From assembly GCA_964106645.2 (NCBI GenBank), contig OZ067047.1: 64,000 bases of DNA, one strand, 5' to 3'. The position numbers were made by a program, and so were the translations under genes. This DNA comes from Podarcis pityusensis. Taxonomy: Eukaryota. Of the stretch, positions 1 to 12,136 are shown piece after piece (the stretch's first letter is position 1; each line of letters starts with the position of its first letter). Below the pieces are notes generated by a model, which was not told the origin of the DNA, did no database searches, and saw nothing but the letters and a program-made list of their open reading frames with translations.

Positions 1-3000
1 TCACATTCTGCAGGTAAGGAAGAGCAGATCTTCCAGATGCTTTCCTACAATTTAGTCTAGGCTATACTGAAGTGGTTGTTTATCCTTGCAGGTGTTGGGA
101 AGCCTTTGATTCCAGAGAGATCTCGTATGCTCTTAGCTCTAAGGATCAATGTCTTAGCAAAAGGATACAGTGGAATATCACTGGAAACTCTTCATCAAGT
201 CATTGAAGCATTTAATGGTAATGTAATCTGTGCTATGCCACATTTTTGCAGGGTTTAGCTTTCAGTGCAATAGTCATAATTTTGAAAGGGGATGAAGCTC
301 CCATCAAAAAACCAATTTTGTCTCTTTGTGCCAAAAAAATGCAGCAACTTTCCCATTTGTACCTAGAACTGTGCAAAGAGAGGTGGTGACATCCTGCACC
401 TTGCAGTTTAACCTGCACCTGCAACTTCTAAAGAAAGATTGATTTCAGAATATACTTTCCAAGAGAAGCAATGTGCTGTGGACTGTCTCCTTGAAAGGGG
501 CAGTGCCATTTGGGATATTGGTGGTCAATAGAATGTTGTAGCTATGAAAGGCAATGGGCAAGTTTGGTTTGCATAAGGCACTCCTTCTGGTCACTGGGAG
601 TAAAGCTCACTGCTAAATTTCAAGGGGCAGGGTGAATTATGGTATGTGTATTTCTGAAACCAAGCTCTGCTTCTCCCTCACCCTCTTGTTCTTATAGCAT
701 CCTGCCTGCCCTACATTCCTGAGCAAGGGACTGTTGGAGCCAGTGGAGACTTAGCCCCTCTTTCCCATCTTGCTCTGGGACTCATAGGAGAAGGGAAGAT
801 GTGGTCTCCAAAGAGTGGATGGGCTGATGCAAAATATGTAAGAGACAATGCTCTGCTGGTTCCTTTTGGTTTGCTGAAGCATTCGTGAGAATGGTGAAAG
901 GTGAAGAGGGGTGTTTCGTTCTGATGCTTTGCAGATTAATGATTTGTAATAAATTTAGGCTTCTTACAATGCAATCCTATAAGTAAATGTAGGGTCTCAG
1001 TCCTAGATTTTAATGGGGGAAAGTTATTGACCAATTATAACAGATGTGCAACAGGGAGACATATGAGGGCTTTGTGTCACAAACTGAATGTTCAGAATTC
1101 ATTTTTAATGTGTGCTTGAGTGGCACGTGACCATCCACACACTGTCCGCTGCCCCGCCCCCTGCCTCCCACAAAGTCTTAGAGCTTTCATAGATTGTCCA
1201 CTTTTTCTTTGATGGAATGTTTCTAAGCTGTATTTTCTGCCCTCTCCCTTCAACCACTACTCCCCACTTTCAACTTACTTTCTTCCATTCTGGGCATGTG
1301 CAATGGTATTTCTGTACCTGTGTACCTTTTAATTCCACCCCCTCCCAAAGGAAGAGTGCAAGAGCAAAAATTTGATTGGGATTGCATCCAGTCCCTTGGT
1401 ATTCTAAGTCTAACGTTACCGATCAGTATGTATGGAGAACTGCAAGCTGAAGAAGTGGAACAGACAGCAGTAGAAATAATCTATCCAGAAAGTCTTGCTG
1501 GCTTTGTAGCACAATGGGAGTGGCAAGGTGCCCTTCTGTTGTTCAGTGGCAGTGACTGAGTGCTGCTCGTGATTTTCTGGTAGCACGAGCAAATGATCCT
1601 GCACAATGTCTACCATGGTTTTAATATAGATGTCGTAACCCATAGACAAAGCAAAGGATTTGTGTATTCTTAGCATGCAAATGCTGGAACTTTTCTGAAG
1701 CCGAAATGTTCTGACAGCAAAGGGTCTGTTAACTTCAAATGGTTTCAAGTGATGAACATAAATGAATTCTGACAGCAACTGTGGTAATGTTTCCTTATAA
1801 GCATGTCCCACTGATTTAACTGGGACTCACTGCCAAGTGAGCATGCACAGAATTGCAGCTCAGAAGGAAACACGGGGTCATGTTTTTAATTAATTTTTAT
1901 GCTGGTAAGGCGATATATGGAGAGGCTTCCTAAAATGAATATGTTGTTTCCGGTGCAAACTAGAGGAACTACATGAGCCTGAAAGGGCATGTTAAAAGAA
2001 TGCAGAAGTGGGATTCCATGTATGGAACTGAAACTACTACTAATTTAAACCATTAGTTTTTTAAAACTATGGGTGTCGAAACATCCTTGAAGCCACTTCT
2101 TCAATTCTGCTCGGGCATCTTCCTTCTCAGTAGAGTAGTTAAAAATATTTATGGGGTAACAAAAGATAAGCCCAATAAGTTTGTTACTGATACTGTTTTA
2201 CAGGTGCTAGAAGCTCATGGACTGAAACCAATTACACTGAAGCCCAAAGAGGTAATAAAATGCATAGAATCTCAGCAATGGTCCAGTAGGCGGAGGCATG
2301 TACTATGTAGCTAGACCATGTCATACGTACCCTCCAATATTCTTCTGATTAAAATTGGGGTGCACATTTTTTAGTGCCAAATGCACATGCGAGCTGGCTG
2401 GGGTTTCCCCGCCCCAGTCCCCTGTCTCCGTTACCAGCAGCATCTCCTTCAGCGAGCCCCAAAGTGGCTCCTCCCCCTCCCCATTGCCATCCCTGTCTTT
2501 GTCCTCTCCTCCATCAGTGGTGGTGGCTTGGCCTGCACCACCAGCAGCTCCCTCCCCCCCCCCCGCCATGGGCTCCAGCTCAGCCGCCTCCTTTTGCGTG
2601 AAAGATGTGAATCTTTCAGGGTCAAACTCTCGTGGGAGCCAGCTGACTCTCAAGAGAGAGCAGCACCAAAAAAGGGACATTATGGGATCTAATCAGAAGC
2701 TGGGGTGGCTTCTATAATTCCGGGATGTCCCAGTAAAATCGGGATGCCTTGACAGGTATCGTGATGGCGAAGGGAGCATTTCTAATTTGCACTAGAAGGC
2801 ACTTTTACGGTGAAGCAGCTTTAGGTTGGGAGAATCTTTTTCACTCCAGTGGCCACAGTTGTGGGCGGGGCCAGAGCAACGGATGTCAAGTTCATAAACT
2901 CCAAATGTCCCTATTTTCCAGGGACTGTGCCAGAATTACAAAAGCAATCCCAGCTTCTCTTTTGATCCTGGAATGTCCCTATTTCTCCCCAGCCCTTGCC

Positions 3001-6000
3001 TGTGAGGGGAGGGGGGAAAATGCATGTGTTTTTATACAGAGAGAGTCTCTGAAAATTAATGCTTTCTGTTTCTTTGAAGGGCCTAGCTCTTATAAACGGG
3101 ACGCAAATGATTACTTCTCTAGGATGTGAAGCAGTTGAAAGGGCCAGTGCAATTGCTAGACAAGCTGACATAGTGGCTGCCCTCACACTAGAAGTTTTGA
3201 AGGGCACAACAAGAGCCTTTGATACTGGTTGGTATTGCATTTTCTAAGGTCACTTTTACAGAACATACTTAAATCTGGGGCTTTGGGTATTTGCTTTGTC
3301 GCATCTCCCACATTTCTGTGACGATGTGATTCTGATCTTCACGGTGCCAGCAGAATTGTGACCATGGGAACTACCAACATCATTGCTTTTAGTGTCTGCT
3401 ATGCCTTATGGAAAAATATATACTAAGCTCCAACATCTCAGTCTCCTAGTGTGGATTCTTAAGTAGCCAAAATGGTGCCATCCACACATAATAGCCAGGT
3501 ACCAGTAGGCTTAGGAGAACCACAAAGTTTGTAGAACCATCCAAAACAATGTAAGCGAGAGAGACTGAGCATGCTCAGTGTCACTGAATGCTAGCTGATA
3601 TGGGCTGAGAGGCAATAGAATGGAATATACTGGAAAGGGCATGGCTGGCTAAAATCCTGGCCAGAATCACTCCACACTGTCGCATTTGTTGCAGATGCTA
3701 CTTGCACTATACATCTTGCAGATCATATCTCTTCAAAGGAGCAGGGAAATGTTGCATATGTATTAAATGGCTACATTTTAGGGTTTTATCGTTTGAATTT
3801 AAAATTTTGCTGTATATTTCACGTAACTATAGTCCCAGGCTTAAAACACCTGTCCAAGTGTTGCTTGCAAAACTGTCCTTAATTTGAAGAGAGGGGATAA
3901 GTGTTATGCTGTAACTCTCTATCTTTATTTTAAAACAGATATTCATGCACTGCGACCCCATCGAGGGCAGATAGAGGTGGCTTTTCGATTCAGGTCACTT
4001 TTAGATTCTGATCACCATCCCTCTGAAATAGCAGGTGAATGGCCATTTTGGGTGATACATACTTGGCATATTTGCTTAGATGAATCAGATAAACAATCAG
4101 ATAACTTCAACTTGGTTTATTTTTAAAATTCTGTATCTAGCCCTCAAAAGTATGTAAGAAAAAATAATTAAGTCCTGGATATAATTTGCTAAAGGCCAAG
4201 AATCCAAAGGAATGTCTCTTCTTCAGCTGGGTAATTGTTTCAGCCCCTTCCACAGAGTTTTCAGCACTGGTCCAGTCACCAGAAAGCCCTTCCTTGAACT
4301 TTGCTCCCCCATTTCTTGCTAAAAGGTCCCAAATATTAAAAAAATGAAATTGTTCATTAAATACTGTACATCCAACTGTCAGACTTCAGCCTGACAATAT
4401 GCAAATCTCATTTCATTTTCTTTTTTAAATCTTGTTGTAAAACGTTTAAAACAGGATACACTATAAGCTACAAAAGTGGAAGCAGATTGTAACGTTTCGC
4501 ATAAATCCAAACATGTGATACTCCAGGGAAAATCTCATATTTTGACTTGGCGCTAGAGAGGTTTAGTATTAAAATACTAACCTTGCTATGTTTTCCTCTT
4601 CTTAAAATAATAAGTTTTCATTTTGCTGTGTTGCAGAATCTCATCGATTTTGTGATAGAGTACAAGATGCATACACACTGCGTTGCTGCCCTCAGGTAAA
4701 GCTGAATGTAAACTTGGTTCTGACACGTGTAGCCAGGAACTCAATTATCACTTCCACATGTAAAGAAAATGGTTCAAATCTGTCAGTGAGCTGAATTCTG
4801 TTCTTCTTAACAAAAGTTAGAACCATGGAAGGCAAAGCTTGGAGGTCCCAGGAGCAGGACAGAAATAAAACTAGGTATTTAAAACAGTAATTTACAAAGA
4901 TGCAGGATATGTGGCTAATATCTGAAATTTCTTTTAGGTTCATGGCGTTGCGAATGACACGATAGCATTTGTCAAGGACATAATCACCACAGAACTCAAC
5001 AGCGCAACAGACAATCCTGTATCTTTTTTGCATAATTCTGCTGCCTGAGTCAAGTGTATGTTTCACACCGTTCCACATGGGCCTGTGGCTTTCATTGTTT
5101 CTGTAGGAGCTGTCAAACAAAAGTGATCCTGCATACTTGTGCATTTAGGTTGTAAGTTTTAAAGCGTATCGTTCTTAACTTACCTGAAGCCTATCATCTT
5201 TAAAGCCCTAACCTAAACAGCTTAGGACAAACAAAATAAAAAAATTCCTTCCACTAGCACCTTAGAGACCAACTAAGTTTGTTATTGGTATGAGCTTTTG
5301 TGTGCATGCACACTTCTTCAAATACATGGGCTACCTACCTGTAGCTTAGGACAAGGATACCTTAAGGACCATCTCTTCCCATATGAGCCTATTTGCTCAT
5401 TATGATCTACTGAGAGATCTTCTCTATAACCTATAAGTATTGGAGTGTGATTGGCAGGAATGTAGGAGAATGTGCGGCCACACCTAGCCTTTGGAACTCC
5501 CTGCCTCAAGAGGCTTATATCAACTCCCTCTCTGGTCTTCCACTGTCCTGTATGAACTCCTTGTAGTTTGGTGGTCCAGATGAAAAATAAAGTATTTTGT
5601 TGATCCTCTGGAAATATATATATTCTTTAACATATATTCTTGGTTTAAAAACATGTTTAAACATGTGCCTTTTTTGTAATGGAAAAGTAGAATAGAAATA
5701 GTTCTAACAAATTCAATAATAAATGAATAACTTGGGCTTTGCTATGGCCAACCTCACTATTGTTGAAGCCTTAATGTGTTCCTTAAGATGGTTTTTGCTG
5801 AAAGGAAGGAGACAATTTCTGGAGGAAATTTCCATGGTGAATACCCTGCCAAGGTAGTTAACAACATTCTCCGCCCCCCCCCTTTTTTTTAGTATTTACA
5901 ATTTAGGGCTTTAAAAACCATCACTAAAAACCAATATATATCTTTCAGGCTCTGGACTATCTTGCAATTGGGGTCCATGAACTTGCTGCGATTAGCGAAA

Positions 6001-9000
6001 GGAGGATCGAACGGCTCTGCAACCCATCCCTCAGTGAATTGCCGCCATTTTTAGTCACAGAAGGAGGTCTGAACTCTGGATTCATGATTGCACACTGCAC
6101 AGCAGCATCCTTGGGTGAGTACAAAATGGCTGACGGGGCTGCCAGAGGGATTGAATACACAGACCTCTCAATATCCCAGAGTTAATCTGCTGCTCTGACC
6201 AGTCTTCTTGCATTTCCCTCTCAGGTATTTGAGTCTTGGGCTATGCACACATGACCATTACACTTGGGGTGTGTCTCCTAATTCCTAGATCCAGCACGAA
6301 TTCAATTGCTGGAATAGCCAGGTCATTTCTAGAATGTCAAGGCATTTAAATAAATCACATGCAACCAGTATGTTACAAGAAACTACAGGATAGCTCTAGA
6401 TATTCCCTAATGTCCTGAGTACGCAGATTCAAAATTTAATGGAGGGAGCACACTGGAGCCAGAGTTAACAGTAATGTGTACATGGCCCATCTCTGGTTTA
6501 AATCTCTTCTCTGCCCATTTATTCTCTTAAGTCACAGTCTTGGCCTTTCTCCCATTGGCAGCACAAGGATACCTTGCAGGGCTCCTGTAAGCATTACTGT
6601 GATAAACATTGCCGAAATAATGTATAGGAAGCTTTGAACAGGTAAAAAGAACCCTGTTAGGTCAGACCCAGAAGCTCATCTGATCCAGGCAGATGCTTAT
6701 AGGAAGCACAAATACAGGGGTGTTTGTGTTCTTCCCCTGTTGTCTTTCTCCTTGGCAGTGTGAGCACTTTTTGGAGTGTCCTCTACATTGGGGGGAAAGA
6801 AGGTTTATGGATGCTATATATTGATATTACGCTGCTGATCTGCACAGAATACTGTTACAAAAGCGTTTCCAGGTTCCTCATTTCCCTCGCTGACGGCTAC
6901 TCAAAGTGGGGCATTGTTTACATCAGGGGTAGTCAACCCTTTTATATGTACCACCCACTAATGCATCTTCCTTGATGGTAAAATTTCCTTACTGCCCACC
7001 AGTGTTCGATGGAAGGAGGATTCAGCTTGTGCCATAGAACCCCCTACCGCCCACCTAGAATCTTGAAACGCCCACTAGTGGGTGGTAGGGACCAGGTTGA
7101 CAACCCCTGGTTTACATGGTGGTTTGCCTCAGAGGCTACCATTTATTCAAACTGGACTTTTGCAGTTTCCGAGAACAAAGCCTTGTGCCATCCGTCTTCT
7201 GTGGATACTCTTTCGACCAGTGCCGCTACAGAGGACCACGTATCCATGGGAGGATGGGCTGCGAGAAAAGCACTCAAAGTCATTGAGCACGTTGAACAAG
7301 GTAAAGTCATAGGCACAACTGGATATTAACTGTGGTCACATCTACGCCACACACAGAAAGCATAGAGCTTCCCTCAAAGAATCCTGGCAACTGTGGTTTG
7401 TTAAGGGTGCTGGGAATTGTAGCTCTGTGGCAGATAAACTACAGTTCCCAGGATTGTTTGGGAGAAGCCATGTGCTTTAAATATGTTTTAAATGTATAGT
7501 GTGGGTGTGACCAGTGTTTCATACCACCTCAAGCACACTGACTTGGATGTAAGCTTCATGGAAATCGATGGGAATTGCTTGCATTTTAAAAATACATTTG
7601 ACTGGATTTTACACTTATACATAAATATATATATTGCAATTTATAATAAAAAACACTGTCAAAATAAGATGAAGATGATAATAAGTAGGAACAAATATAA
7701 ATTATAAAGAACAAATAATTTCAGAAAATGTTAGAGGAACTGCTGTGGATTGTCAATAACAAGACATAATACTAAGAATTACCTGCATTATTTCATGCCA
7801 AAGTGTTTAGGGTCAGAATGGCAAGAGACTTAATGCAGACCTGAAAACTATTTAAGAGATCAGGAAAGACCCTGCAGTACAAGAGAGTGGAGCAGCCTTC
7901 CTCGGTTGGCTTCTTGAGGGGAAGATAGATGAACGCAGAAATTGGTGTCAGTGCTGCTACATGTATTTTTTAAACTAAGTGTGGGGCTCTAGCAGATTTG
8001 GGCTTCAAGTCAGGCAACAAAATTTCTTAGACTGACAGTGTAAGAAGAGATCCTGGTTCATTGTGCTTCATTGCATAGATCAGTGGTTTTCAACCAGTGT
8101 GTTGTGGCACCCTAGGGTGCCGCGGGCAACACGGGCCTCTGTCCCTCTTTCCTTCCCTCCCTCCTTTGATGCCCTCTTGCATCTCTGCCTCCCAAAGGCT
8201 TGCACAGCTGTTTGTTGCAGCAGCCCTAGCTACAAGCTCTGCAGGTGAATGGTGCCTCTGGGGTTGGCCAGGTTGCCAGGAGCTGAGGCGGCCTCGAAGC
8301 AAGCAGGCAGGCAGGCAGGCAGGCAGGCAGGCAAGGGAGCCCAGCCAGCCAGTCCACCAGCCCTTGCTGTTGGGAATGGACAGACGAGTCCTAGGCCCCT
8401 GTGGCAGTAAGGCAAACTAATCTGACTCCTGAACTTAGGAAATCCAAGCCACAGGGGAGAAGTTAATTCTTCTGCCTTTGATGCAGAACCTCACCTCCAC
8501 CTTGGCATCACAATTCCTCTTTCCAAGGCTCCGAGTCCTGACTCAGTAAAACTGTTCTAGAATCTTTGCATGCTTTTCATATCATGCTTTTGGGTTGTAT
8601 GTGATCATTCACATGTGCATATATATCTTCACAGAGTGCCACAATATTAACACACTCCATAGGAAAGTAGATTTAAGTTTCTTTAGTCTTTTACTTGCAT
8701 CTAAATTCATAGAACTTCAAATATAAGATTCTGCATTTCATACATCCAGTTAACCCATATTAACAATGTGCCCATTTAATGGTGAGCACTAGTCCTAAGA
8801 GCTCATCCTCATCTGTTTACATCAAATGTTTTAAAAATGACCAGAATTTGCCATGGTTTTTATGTTGTTTTTGTTTACTAGTATTGGCTGTAGAACTCCT
8901 TGCAGCATGCCAGGGCATTGAGTTTCTACGCCCCCTGAGAACTACAACCCCATTGGAAAAAGTCTATGACCTTGTGCGCTCTGTTGTCAGGTATGTCAAA

Positions 9001-10870
9001 CAAACACTTGCCCAGAGACGGTAACTTCTGAGAACATTGGCCAAACATTAACCACTTACCACCACTACTAGCAGATTTAGAAGTTCAATTTGTTGTTCAA
9101 TTTGTCTCCTTTCAGGCCTTGGATGAAAGATCGCTTCATGGCCCCAGACATTGAGGCAGCTCACAGACTGCTTGTGGATCAGAAGGTAAGTGTTGATATT
9201 AGCAGCTAATGGAGTCTGATGAGGAGACTCCATGATTTTTAAAAGTTCCTCTGTGTGTTTAGCTACTAGCTGCATAATATGTGCCCTCATGCTTATGATT
9301 TATTCCAACATTCTATGAGGAAGGAAAACAATCTTGTACCAAGCAGACTTAATTTGCTATCTAGGAAAACAGGTTGGAGGAAACCATATCTTTGACACTT
9401 GTTCAGCACCACAAGTCTACCACCAAACATTTGAGTGATTGGGGTTAGAGAAGTAAATCATGCTTATCATAAAGTGAAAGACAGATTGTAGCTAGGCAAG
9501 CGAACCATGTTTATTTATTCCAAATATTTCTTTCCCACTATTCAAAGCAGCTCACAATCAAAGAAATTGAAAGCATGCAATAAATACACAAGACAATAAA
9601 TAATTAGCAGAACAATAAAGCCAAATATTAATACCAGAGCCAGGTCAGATTAAGACAGCATCTAAAAAGCCTGGAAGAATGAAAGGTCTTCACCTGGCAA
9701 CAAAAATAGCAAAACATGGATTAAGGTGACTGGGGAGAATCTTCCAAAGACAGGGCAGAGGTGATTAAAAAGGACCAATCAAAGGTCACCACCAATCTCA
9801 CTGATGATGGCAAAGGGACTGAAAGAAGGACCTCTTAGGAAGTTTAAGGGCAGGTTCATGTGGGAGCAAAGAGCCCTAAGACACAAAGGGCTTTAGAGGT
9901 CAAAGCCAACACTTCAAATTGTGCTTCTTAGTGGACTAGAAGCCTGCGCAGTTGTGTTACAAATGGCAAGTCATATTCTGTATGTCTGGCCATAGACCAC
10001 ATGGAATCCACAGCTGAATTAACATGCATGTCTGCAGGAAGCTTGAGCTTCTGACAGGAAGTTCATAATAAAGAAATGAGAATCTTGTTTTTGATCATTC
10101 TGTGTTGAGTGTGTTTTATTGTTCAAAAAGAACATGTTGCACGTGCTCCATCTGGCTAGTATACATATTACAAAGCCATCCCTCAGCATATCTGAGTCCC
10201 TGACAGTCTTCTAAAGCCAGGCACAGCCTCTGGATATATTTTTCTCAAGTATTAGTTCCAGCATGTGAGAAGGGGGTGGGTGGAAATGATAGCAGCCTCC
10301 TGTGCTGTGTTTGGCATTTGTTTGCTAAAGAGTGGGCCCACCATAAAATGCAGCTCCCTCATCCCCTCCCTCCCTTATAGAGCCGGTCTTGTGTGTCCTT
10401 GTATAGAGCCGGTCTTGTGTGTCCTTGTAGAGAGTGATGGAATGGAGTATGGAGACAATGTACATTGGACACACATCAGTCCTCTTCAGAAACCACCATC
10501 TGGGCATACCCACCAGGGCTACTTTGTCCAGATGTTTGCACTGTACATTTCCACTGAAAGTAGTTTTTTTTTTGCTAACTTGCACCAATGGTTTTTAAAT
10601 ATATGATTAAGATCATGTATAAGAAATGTTGTCTGCCAATATTTTGGTCCAAAATCTAAATCTTTGCCTTTTGCTTCTGACACTACTTTCTCTCTCTCTT
10701 CCTACCTGTAGGTTTGGGAAGTAGCTGAACCATACATTGAAAAATACAGAAGGGAGCACCTTCCTGAGTCCAGGCCAATCTCCCCTACTGCCTTTTCATT
10801 AGCAGCAAGTGAAAACGCCTCACGCTGTCGCCACCAACACCATCATAGCGACTCAGAAGAATTTGATTAA
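1..10870 (+). CDS. HAL: Histidine ammonia-lyase (histidase), 5'-partial, last 14 coding segments
   Basis: Exons: <1-13, 92-217, 698-837, 2204-2251, 3080-3227, 3939-4034, 4637-4695, 4938-5018, 5788-5853, 5949-6114, 7166-7300, 8882-8990, 9116-9185, 10712-10870 (TAA). All introns are GT-AG with consistent phases. The spliced protein includes [14 protein letters not shown] (MIO-forming Ala-Ser-Gly at 739-747), [43 protein letters not shown] and TEDHVSMG, all diagnostic of vertebrate histidase. Confidence 0.98.
6924..7109. mobile_element. hAT-type MITE
   Basis: 15-bp TIR CAGGGGTAGTCAACC / GGTTGACAACCCCTG (1 mismatch); 8-bp TSD GTTTACAT at 6916-6923 and 7110-7117. Confidence 0.88.
8302..8333. repeat. 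(GCAG)n microsatellite inside a GC-rich hAT-like remnant starting at 8081
   Basis: AGCAGGCAGGCAGGCAGGCAGGCAGGCAGGCA. Confidence 0.8.
10376..10427. repeat. Perfect 26-bp tandem duplication
   Basis: TATAGAGCCGGTCTTGTGTGTCCTTG twice. Confidence 0.9.
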
Positions 10871-10972
10871 GAGTAAATGCTATCAGAAATGAACCCCAGT
10901 ACTTCAGTTGATAGCAAAATCTGTGTGTTTTTAATAACTCCCGTATTCTGTACTTTATGCCAAAGGCCAAAA

Positions 10973-10978
10973 AATAAA
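10973..10978 (+). terminator. Candidate HAL polyadenylation signal AATAAA (alternative at 11221-11226)
   Basis: First AATAAA about 100 nt after the HAL stop codon; use is not demonstrated. Confidence 0.45.
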
Positions 10979-11918
10979 AAGATTCCAAAGCCGAAAATAT
11001 TCATGGGCATTGAGAAAGTGCCGTATCAGTTTGAATGATTTCACAATGGCTGAACTTTGTACAAAAACAAGGTGAATGTTAAATTTATCTGTAGCAAATG
11101 GGTGGGTGCAACAAAACCTGTGGAGATGTGGCTCATTTTGTGAGTTAAGTTAACCACACTAACATCAAACTATAATTTAGCCAATTAAAATTAGCTAGCT
11201 TTTTTTTAATTTATAAAAACAATAAATCTAATGTTGCAATCGTTACAGAGACTGCTCCTCCTCCTTATTGCATTTATATCTCACCTTTTTCTCCAAGGGC
11301 CACAAGGTGGGATACATAGTTTCTCCCCACATTTAATCCCCATAACAACTCTGTGAGGTAAGTTAGGCTGGGAGTCAGTGACTGGCCCAAGGTCACCCAG
11401 TGAACTTCATGGCCAAGTAAGGAGTTAAACCCTGGCCTTCCAGATCCTAGTCAGAGACTGATGACTATACCATACCAGCTTTGGTCTCTTACAAAAAAAA
11501 ATTAAAAAGCCAATGTGCTGATTCCTGGGCCATATAAATCTTGCTTTGTGAAGTCATCTCTATAAACGACATATCATGTTGTGGAGAGGAGGTTGTTACT
11601 CAAAGGAAACATACGTTCATAAACCACCTTAGGTAGATGGAAGTAGTTATTCAAGTCCAACCAACTGCATAAATGTTATCTGTGAACTCCCTGCAGTCAT
11701 CGGGGCCTGTTTGTGGGCTTCCCAAAGGCACCCACCTGACCACTGTGAGCAGGACGCTGGACTAGATGTAGCAAACTCTTCTCATGTTCTTAACTCTGGT
11801 TGTGAAAAATTATGAGGTGTATGTAGGCACACTGCAATGCAGAGCTTTGATTTCTTTATACAAGAGGACCTTCATTTATGGAAAAAAAATCAGAGTTAAC
11901 TGTTTGCATACATGTAAG

Positions 11919-11924
11919 TTTATT
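11919..11924 (-). terminator. Candidate AMDHD1 polyadenylation signal
   Basis: TTTATT on + (AATAAA on -) about 215 nt downstream of the AMDHD1 stop. Confidence 0.45.
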
Positions 11925-12136
11925 TTCTAGCGGACCATGAAACTACCAAGCAGATGAACATGGCCTAGTGTTCCTCATGCGAATACAAAGGGAGGACTAA
12001 AATAAAAACCAGTGAAATTATTGAGCATTGACCAGTAAGGAAGTATGATCTTATAGATGTGAGACCCTGCTGATTATCATCCTGTGTTTGCCTCAGAGAG
12101 TCTGGCAACTGCTGTATTTCTTCCTTCTGGAATTCC

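Noticed and set aside
2321-2760. Pro/Ser-rich overlapping ORFs in a HAL intron
   Set aside because: Low-complexity GC-rich interior of a probable old DNA-transposon remnant; no splice-compatible exon, and no clear TSD to annotate it firmly.
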